A DNA stretch of 15,593 bases from assembly GCA_030704615.1 (NCBI GenBank), contig JAKLZA010000335.1, forward strand, positions 1 to 15,593, read 5' to 3'. Position 1 is the stretch's first letter. Each line of letters begins with the position of its first letter. The stretch comes from Takakia lepidozioides (Eukaryota; Plantae; Bryophyta). A program made the translations under genes and the position numbers. The notes under the pieces were generated by a model. That model saw nothing but the letters and a program-made list of their open reading frames with translations, had not been told where the DNA came from and did not search any database. Shown here piece after piece: positions 1 through 8,000 of this stretch.

Positions 1-59
1 GTGAGCCTTCGTCTGTCGCTATACTGAACCTCGCGCTTACCAACTTCGTGCGGTGTTCG

Positions 60-1464
60 ATGGCTCCGAATTCCTACGCTATAGTTTGCTGTCCTGCGCA
101 ACTTGGGAGAGCCTGGATCCCAAACGAGGGAGGACTTTGCAGAGTGACCAAAACTTACCTTTGTTCTAAATTCAAGCTCAAACCGGGCACAGTTTATTTG
201 GAAGAAGAAAGGAAGGATGTTCCTGGACAGGTTGACGAGACCATTGTCGTGCTAGGTAACGACGGAGGTTGCGGAATCGAATGGCACGTACCCCCATCAG
301 ACACCATCCTGTACCGAGCTGTGGGAATGCCCATTCCCTTTCCGAATCAGTTGCTGCCCACACCATCCACAAAGGAGTCCGGAAACCGACAGGCGGCCAC
401 TGCCAACAGAGAGGTATGCAACGATAATCATTCCCGACCTGGACCGTCAAGACCCTCCATAGCTTCTCGTGTGGACGTATTCGACATTTCCGACGATGAA
501 GATGAGTGCATTGAGGTCCCCATGTCCTCCACACGGTCGTTCAAATCCGACATGGACGTCTCTGCAGGTGCTACGCATGTACTCTCGAGCATAACTCCAA
601 CCCCGGTCCATTGTGCAGCTCCTACGGCAACATCACCTCGATGGTTCTCGCTCCGAGCTGGCTGCTCTCGACTATGCCAAATTTCCGGTCAGGAAGGTAA
701 CGTATCTACCTCCCGAAGTCGATGGCAATGTCATCTTCGAGTTTCCACCTGTCACTTCCTCAAACAAAGCCTCAGGGATGTTAACAGACATGGATCGAAA
801 GCATGACGGACACCCCTGGTGTGTGACGAAGACCAGTAGCACGAAAATTGCTGATGGTGTTCGTGTACGATACGTCCTCTGTGCGGGGAAGCTGAGGTGC
901 CTGAATCCCGCCTGCTTCCACTTTCTTTCCAAAGGAGGGCGGAGAAACGAGACGGATTGGACTAGCACAACGCATCATCCATTCATTGTCTCCAGCCAAG
1001 CTCCTGCGGGTACTTTCAAGTGCGCACATTGCAAAGAACCACCGACGTGCATGTCCATGTGCAGAGCCAAGCAATATTACGTTATCCATTTGCTCCCGGA
1101 CTTGACTAGAGCTTGCATACACGTTGGGGTCCACTGCCACCCCTTGGCGAGAGGCAACATGCGTGAGGCTGTGCAGGAAGCACACGACATCATAAAAGAG
1201 GAGGTGAAATTGAGCCCCAGAGCCAAACCAAAGCAGATTCAGCTGAAGGCAGCCCACAAGAATGCTCTTGGCAAAATCATGTCTGAAGATGGTTCAGACC
1301 GAGTGCCCTTGAACGAAGAGGAGATGCTTGACCTGTTGGAGTCGGTCTCGCACGTTTGTAGTCCGAATGTGTGGAATCACATCGTATCTTGCAAGCAGGA
1401 GTTCGGCCGGGGGTCGGACATGCACTCAATCCTGGAGGTGAAACGAATGACTGGATATGACTAC
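60..1464 (+). pseudogene. MULE/Mutator-like transposase, copy A: N-terminal part only (N-terminal domain + GCM-like Zn domain), one frameshift near 600-612, interrupted at 1464 by an LTR retrotransposon
   Basis: ORFs 48..806 (ATG at 60) and 613..1488 align collinearly with the gene at 13730-15593, which continues into a D..D..CxxH MULE core. The pattern DGHPW...CAGKLRCLNPAC...CAHC...CMSMC...HVGVHCHP resembles the WRKY/GCM1 fold. Homology stops exactly after GGATATGACTAC (1464): copy B continues ATTCATGG, copy A continues TGTAGTG. Confidence 0.8.
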
Positions 1465-2935
1465 TGTAGTGTGAATGCAGGGGAGTGACATTACATTTTG
1501 TCTTACCGTTAAGACCCTGCATCACTACAACGGGAGTGCCCGTTGTACAACTGCAGGAGGGATATATCCCTGCATACAGGTAATTTCATGGGCATACTGT
1601 GCTTATGTTTTGCCAGGATAAAAATGGCTAAGTCATGACCATGCGTATTTTCATCCGTAGGATGCACGTTTTCATCCCAGGTGTTTAACCTAGAAACGCG
1701 GGTTGAGGAAAACGAAGAGGAAGATGACGGGCAACTCTTAGCAGTTGCTGCGAGTAGTGGGGTTGTCAGGGCCGTCTGTTTGTGGGAGGTTGTACCTACG
1801 CTATGGGACTCTGCTTGGTATTCTGTGTAAGGGAAAGCGGTGCCGCTTCTCTCGTAGTGATGATCAATTCCTGGAGTAGGAGCATGTAAGAAGAGCGGCG
1901 CACCACCGCTGTCGCCATTGCCTTGAAGAAAACAGTTATGGGCAGATGAGCAAGCAAGGAAAACGGCCAGCTGCCGGAAGCACAAGGAAGTGAGTTGTGG
2001 GCACAATCAATGGAGGGGATGAGGCATGTGAAGTGCTGGCTGGATGGCAACTCAGGTTATCTATAATCAAAGCTTATAGCTGCTTTTGTGTCATCTTACT
2101 ATAGGGCCATATCAATTCTTAGGGAAGAATTGCACGCATAGAAGGATAGAGTATTTAGTTGGCAAGCCACAGGATGTTCCATAGGATGAAGAGGAGCCAT
2201 CATGGCATGATAAATACTGGAATCAAGACAAGGAGGATAGGTTGAAGTGGCTGCTGACAGGCGATGGTGAGGTGCCATCTTGGCAGGCAGATCCACCACT
2301 TCGCTGGAGGATAAAACAGATAAGTTCGTAGACTGTGGGCTTCGGTTTTCGGGGGAGTGGTGACTTAGAAATCGTTTTGGTGTGGATTTAGGACTGGCTC
2401 TATGTAGAGAAGAAGGAGGTAGAGATATGTGATGGAGGAAAAGGTTTTGGAAATGGAATGGAGACTCTGAAACTTCAAACCAGGATAGGGAAAGGATGGA
2501 TGCACCTGATGTTATAGTGTCAGTAGGAGAAATGAGTGGTGGAGAGACTGCTTGTCACTGAATCAGAATGGTCACTGTTTATCTTCATTCTTGTTCTTTG
2601 TTTCAGTGTTATGAACCTGCACACAATGCTGCCCTGGGTATTGATACACTGGAACCAATGTAGGCCTAGCTTGGCTGATTGAAAACACCAGTGAGGGTTA
2701 GTTAGAACTGTTGAAAACAGAGAAAGGATAATGTGGAAGGGGAGGCAACACCGGCACTGATTTGTTTTTCTTTTGGAACTAGTTTCCAGCATGGTCTCAG
2801 GGTATGAACAACTGAGGTTCATAGTTGAAGGGAAAAGAGGGCTGTTGGGGTATTTGGTTGAAACCTATAGAAAGGTTGAGAGCTGTTTGGGCAATGGCTT
2901 CTTTTGGAAAAAGGTAGTGTGAAGGGCTGGTCATT

Positions 2936-2938
<3 letters not shown>

Positions 2939-2966
<28 letters not shown>
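2939..2966 (+). repeat. (GA)14 microsatellite within the LTR; shorter GA run at ~3110-3123
   Basis: Directly visible. Confidence 0.95.
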
Positions 2967-2969
<3 letters not shown>

Positions 2970-3424
2970 TGATGAATGGGATGGTTATGCCTTGTGTGAC
3001 CGAGGATGATTTCAAGGCTGGGTGCACTGGATGCCTGGCTGAGTTGTGCATTGCATTGCATGGTAGATATGCTGCTGTTGAAGAAGTGAGGAACCTGTAG
3101 ACCAAGATTAGAGAGAGAGAGAAAAGGATTTGGGAAGGGAGAGAGCTGCTCAGTAAAAGGGGTTGATGGGGGATGGCCAATTTGGGGAAATAAGATGAAG
3201 AAAACATGAACCCTGAAAGAGACCAGTGGCCCTGCAGTTCATGGCAGATCTGAGCTGCCTCCCTCTAAATCTGTGTCACCATTACAAAAGGGGGCTTCCG
3301 ACGTGTCACTGCTCAAGGGAGCTTCACATTAAGGGTCGTGTTCAGCGCTGTCATAGGGCTGGTTGCATCACAGAAAAGATCATGGCAGCACTGTTGGCGC
3401 TGTGATCATAGGGCAAGGATGTTG

Positions 3425-3432
3425 TATAAAAA
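3425..3432 (+). promoter_or_regulatory. Candidate LTR TATA box (TATAAAAA)
   Basis: TATA motif ~230 nt upstream of the PBS, a plausible U3 position. Confidence 0.45.
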
Positions 3433-3655
3433 TAGAACCAAGACCAAGAACAATTCAAAACTCCCCATCCATGTCTTCTCTTCCGCTGCGGCGTGGATGA
3501 GGATTGCATGAACTCTGATCACGAACGAACTAAGGGAAATCCACAACCATGTTAAGATGGTTGGATCACTAGAATGTTCCTTCCTTTTGCTTTGCCTTCA
3601 ACTGAGGAGGAGTACAGATTAGAATCACCCAGAAGGGGATTCACGCCCCTTCTTT

Positions 3656-3667
3656 TGGTATCAGAGC
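3656..3667 (+). other. Primer-binding site complementary to the 3' end of initiator tRNA-Met
   Basis: Exact TGGTATCAGAGC, the canonical plant tRNA-iMet PBS. Confidence 0.92.
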
Positions 3668-3723
3668 TTCGTTAAATCGTGATATCTACTAGCTAGGGAT
3701 CTTGATTTGTGTTGGATGGTTTG

Positions 3724-4035
3724 ATGGCAGGCAGAGACCATACACTGATTCCTGATGAACCAAGCATTGGAGATGTGTTGATTTGCTTCAGCCGACGCTC
3801 ACCAAATGCCTACGCAGACCCTTGTTTGTACTTCTTCAACCCTGCTTGGAGAATAGCTGATGGTGATTTATGTCTTAGAGTGATACATGCTGGTGGAAGA
3901 ACAACCATAGTACTTTGGATAAGAGAGTTAGGAAGGTGGGAGAAGATAAATACCATGGCACGAGAAGTGACATGGGGAGGTAGAGTAGAGATGTTGCGAA
4001 ATGGACAGTGGGAGTGGTATAGAGGTCAACATTAA
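3724..4035 (+). CDS. Extra ORF between PBS and gag, 103 aa, Trp-rich, unknown function
   Basis: Intact ATG (3724) to TAA (4035), sense to gag and ending 72 nt before the gag ATG; no family recognised. Confidence 0.4.
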   Translation: MAGRDHTLIPDEPSIGDVLICFSRRSPNAYADPCLYFFNPAWRIADGDLCLRVIHAGGRTTIVLWIRELGRWEKINTMAREVTWGGRVEMLRNGQWEWYRGQH

Positions 4036-4107
4036 GGGTGTTGCAGAAAAATGAGAATCAGAATTAGGTGTTAAAACCAGTTTGAACTCAGACTAGAGAG
4101 TAGAAGA

Positions 4108-4827
4108 ATGACCAGTCCAACTAGCATAGATGTGCCTTATCATGGTAGGAATAGTGAAGATGTGAATGACTGGCTGGAAAGGATTCAGATGGAGGCAGAT
4201 GTCAGAGATTTAAAGGAGGATAAAACCTTCAAGGTAGCAAGGCTCAACCTGAGAGCCAAGGCTGATGAATGGTACCGTAAACAAAACCCTAGACCAGGCA
4301 ACTGGGAAGATTTCAGGGTAGCCATATCAGCCAAGTTTGGTGTCATTGACTTGGCAGAAATCAGGCTGAGGATGGATACCATCAAACAGGAAAATAGACA
4401 AAGGGTTCAGACATACTTTGATAGGTTGAACCGGTTGTTTATAAGAAGTGGGGCGTCTGATTTGGAACAGAGGCGTAGATTTGCAGCAGGTTTGAGACCT
4501 GAAATAGCAAGAGTAATGCTGGGCAGGCGCTTCTCTGATGTAGAGGAAGCACTTGAGACAGCCATTGAGATTGAGAGGGGCCTGGGAAAGTTGGGGGAAA
4601 TACCTCTAGAGCCATTGGAAGGAGATGATACAGATGAGTCAGTTGTGTTTGTCAACCCTGTGGACAGAAGACTTGATCAGCTAAACACTACCCTACAGAA
4701 GTACTTTGATAGGGGACCAGTCATAGGAGAAAGCTCTGGATCTAGAACACCTCCTCGTGTTCGCCTTTGTAACGTTTGTCATAAAGAAGGTCACATAGCT
4801 ACATATTGTGGGGCTGCTATTTCATGA
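4108..4827 (+). CDS. gag: Retrotransposon Gag (capsid-like region + CCHC zinc knuckle), truncated by an insertion at ~4810; the last few codons and the stop come from the inserted element
   Basis: YHGRNSEDVNDWLERI...LRAKADEWY...WEDFRVAISAKF...IKQENRQRVQTYFDRL...FAAGLRPEI are typical Ty3/gypsy gag features; CNVCHKEGHIATYC is a CX2CX4HX4C knuckle. Confidence 0.9.
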   Translation: MTSPTSIDVPYHGRNSEDVNDWLERIQMEADVRDLKEDKTFKVARLNLRAKADEWYRKQNPRPGNWEDFRVAISAKFGVIDLAEIRLRMDTIKQENRQRVQTYFDRLNRLFIRSGASDLEQRRRFAAGLRPEIARVMLGRRFSDVEEALETAIEIERGLGKLGEIPLEPLEGDDTDESVVFVNPVDRRLDQLNTTLQKYFDRGPVIGESSGSRTPPRVRLCNVCHKEGHIATYCGAAIS

Positions 4828-4930
4828 GCGGCATGAGCATGAGCGGCATGAGCATGAGCGGAAAAAAAAAAAGCATGAGCAGACCATTGTGAGTCCACGG
4901 AAATAGGGTTAGGAGGCACGGAAATAGGGT
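4810..4930. repeat. Putative transposon terminus / subterminal repeats: 6x CATGAG, A11 tract, 2x CACGGAAATAGGGT
   Basis: CATGAG at 4823, 4832, 4838, 4847, 4853 and 4874; CACGGAAATAGGGT at 4896 and 4917; CTATTTC at 4817 is the reverse complement of GAAATAG. Confidence 0.65.
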
Positions 4931-4975
4931 CATGTGAAGTTGGAATGTGGCACCAGTGGACTTAAAATGCAACAT

Positions 4976-4981
4976 TTTATT
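4976..4981 (-). promoter_or_regulatory. Candidate polyadenylation signal (AATAAA, minus strand) for the ParB-MTase gene
   Basis: TTTATT on the + strand, ~65 nt downstream of the stop at 5045. Confidence 0.35.
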
Positions 4982-5044
4982 GCAAATTTTGTGGCAAGCC
5001 ACGTCTATACAAGTGTGTTCTAACTGTCATAGCCGGAATGGGCA

Positions 5045-8000
5045 CTACTCTCCTACACCCTCCGAGGAACTTGCCCCACCTTCTTCCTCATCCCCCTCAT
5101 CCCCCTCATCCTCCGAGCTCTGTGATGCATCAGTTCCACTATGCCTCTCAAAAATCCCGTCCTCTCCTTGGGGGACTGTCCACCTCACCTCCTGGGAATC
5201 TTCTGCGTCTTCTCCCCCACTTTCCTCAGCAGAATCCAACACAAATCTACGAGCCCGACGGGCTCTAATAGCTGCTGCCTCCTCCCTCATCTTCATTTTC
5301 TTGAGGCTTGCCTCGTCTAAAATCTGCTGTACACGACTACGTTCGGAACACCTCCTAATGGACACCGAAGCAAGCCGGGCAGCATAAGTAGGCAGGATGT
5401 ACTCCCTTTCTGGACTAGGCATGAAATCTCCCCTGGCAAAAAAAGGCACGTTCCTCCTGCCCATGAACTCCGGTGTAGACGTCCCTCCGGCAGTACTTGG
5501 CATCCTACAGTAAGAACAAATCCACTTGAAGAATGTCAATACCAGCACAACCAAAAAGGGTTTTCAATGAAATAAGAGAGCGGAGGGAGGTGCCTCACAA
5601 AATCTGGAGGCAACTTACAATGCCACCACTCACTCGTAAACCGGGGGCTCCTCGGCCTCGATCCCAACTTCCTCCCCCTGCTCCTTCTCGGATTTTTCCT
5701 CATCCTCCGAGGATGCCTCTTCCTCTTTCGGCAGACGTTCAGCCGCTGCAAGTTCCGAGTTGTGGAGGGCAGTATCTGGCTCGAAGGCGAACACATGCCT
5801 GTCGGACAACGTCCCTGCCCACATTGAAGCACCTGAGGAACAAAGCGGGCGGTTAATAGCTTGCGGCATGCAATTGCAATGGGGCCAGGGGACAAACTGA
5901 GCACGTGAAGGCTTACCCGTGCCGCATGTGAGGTCCAGAATCCGCCCTTGGACATCCGAGCACGTCTCCATGAGGGTTTGGATGAAAGCAGGGCTTCGGG
6001 TCCGGCTGTACCGCCACGGTTTGCCTGTCTTTGTGTCCTTCGGCATACTAGAGTGGGGCACATAGTTGTAGAGGACATCGTAGGTTACAGGGTCCACAGC
6101 GGCATCAACAAGACGACCGTCGTTGCGGAATTTGAACGTAGACCCTCTCTTCACAAAGCAATATGCCTCAAACACCAATGTCTGCACATCCAACAAAGAA
6201 GGGATCAATTCCAGGGTCTACTTAACATACACCACAATATGAAGTGAATGCAATAGATTGATAACTTACACTTTGGCCCTCTGTTCGCAACCCCTGCGTA
6301 CTGATGCAGAACCATTTTCTGAGGAGGACCGGGGTGACACTTTTCGGTGTCCACCTTGCCACCGCATTCTCTGTGGTCTTCCCTCTCGTGGCAAGGACAA
6401 CCACACATCCACCGTCATCCAGAAGCATCCCCGCCAGCCCAAACCCGGCTTTCCAGTAGTCCTCAGTAAACCTGTTCCAGGTGGGCACACCATCCAGGCC
6501 CTCCAGCAGCTCCCCATCTGGAATGTCGAGGAGAATCATGTCGCAAGCTCTCTCCACCTCAACCCCCCCCCGAGTGCTCTTGCAATTCGTGCTCACAGCC
6601 GTGAAGAATTCCATCATGGCTTCAAAACCAGGGGTGTCTTTAGGCTCTGTACCGGCAGCCCTCTTCTTGGCTTTTCCCTTCTGCTCCGCCAGAGACTTGT
6701 TGTGTGCCACCTTCTTTGCCCTGGCAGCGAGAGCGTCAAGGAAGCTCTCATTGACGCATTGGATGATGGTTGGAGGTTCTAGCTTTGGCCTGTGCGTAAA
6801 CGTCACCGCCGAATACCGCCGTGTAGGCTCGCCCTCAAATGCCAACTTCTTGGCAGAGCCAGTCCCACTCCGAACTGACTTGGGAACCCGGACGACCGGT
6901 GACTGGGTAGGAGCAACAGCAGTCGCAGGACCTTGAACAAAATCGGCGTCGGAGTCACTCTCTTGGGTCCCCTCCTGCGCCTCCTCCGATGCCCCGATGG
7001 TTTTCTTCTTTTTGGGTGTTACTGCAGTCACCTGTTTCCTTGTCCTTTTCCTTTGACCTTTACTCTTCTCATGCAATTTCTCTTGAATTCCTGCCTGAGC
7101 AAGCTCTGCCGCTTTCCTGGAGTTCGCAAGCGCTTTTGCCTCTTTTGCACCCAACGGAGGCAGCGGAGCCCGGTTTCGTCGGAATTCAGCATCCAGCTTC
7201 AATTGAAACTCGGATGGGTCGAGCGAGCCGGGCGGAAGGTCCACATACCAAGGGCAATCACGCAAATGTTCCAGATGCCACTCCTTCACAATATCGTCAG
7301 TGTACATGGAGTCAGCCCCAGGGTTCCTCCATGCCAGGAAGAATGGTGGCTCGAAAGACAGATGACCTTTCTCCAAAAGCGAGAACTTACAGTACCTGCA
7401 TTCATGAAAAACCCAATGAGGTCCGAAAATGGCTAACTCCCTGAACGGCAATAGGGCCTACAACTGGAATATGGCGCCGAATTTCCACTTCAGGGCCACC
7501 CAGTGTAGGGACTTAGCCCGAAAATGGCTAAGTCCCTGGACGGCAATACGGCCTGGAACTGGAAAACGGCGCCGAATTTCCACTTCCGGGCCAGCCACCC
7601 TAGGGACTTACACAAAAAATGGCTAAGTCCCTGGACGGCAATAGGGCCTAGAACTGGAATACGGCGCCGAATTTCCAGTTCCGGGCCAGCCACCCTAGGG
7701 ACTTAGACCGAAAATGGCTAAGTCCCTGGACGGCAATAGGGCCTGGAACTGGAATATGGCGCCGAATTTCCACTTCAGGGCCAGCCAGTCTAGGGACTTG
7801 GCCCGAAAATGGCTAAGTCCCTGGACGGCAATAGGGCCTAGAACTGGAATACGGCGCCGAATTTCCAGTTCCGGGCCAGCCACCCTAGGGACTTAGACCT
7901 AAAATGGCTAAGTCCCTGGACGGCAATAGGGCCTGGAACTGGAATATGGCGCCGAATTTCCACTTCAGGGCCAGCCAGTCTAGGGACTTAGCCGGAAAAT

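Larger units (their letters stand above)
1465..3653 (+). repeat. Putative 5' LTR (~2.2 kb)
   Basis: Runs from TG at the insertion breakpoint to just before the PBS; purine-rich, no convincing ORF, TATA-like box at 3425. The end reads ...CCCTTCT rather than canonical CA, and the second LTR is not in the window, so the right boundary is approximate. Confidence 0.65.
1465..4809 (+). mobile_element. Ty3/gypsy-type LTR retrotransposon, 5' portion (LTR, PBS, extra ORF, gag), interrupted at ~4809
   Basis: Starts with TG exactly at the transposase breakpoint; PBS TGGTATCAGAGC at 3656; retrotransposon-type gag with CCHC knuckle at 4108-4809. No pol in the window, so the superfamily call rests on gag alone. 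Confidence 0.85.

Noticed and set aside
595-615. Programmed frameshift in the transposase (both copies change frame near this homologous position; copy B at ~14280)
   Set aside because: The shifts are in different directions (+1 in A, -1 in B), there is no shared slippery sequence, and copy B has many indels anyway.
1509-3207. Minus-strand ORFs within the LTR
   Set aside because: Low-complexity Ser/Leu/Pro-rich products of the purine skew and GA repeats.
3656-4827. Endogenous caulimovirid (these also use TGGTATCAGAGC)
   Set aside because: The knuckle is CX2CX4HX4C within a retrotransposon-type gag, not the caulimovirid coat-protein CXCX2CX4HX4C, and no movement protein was recognised.
4862-4872. 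A11 as the poly(A) tail of a LINE, SINE or retrocopy
   Set aside because: It is embedded among the CATGAG repeats and on the wrong strand for the adjacent, intron-containing gene.
6258-7444. Plus-strand ORFs overlapping the large MTase-containing exon (also 9678-10673, 178-534, 781-1257)
   Set aside because: Antisense shadows of real coding exons with no recognisable motifs.
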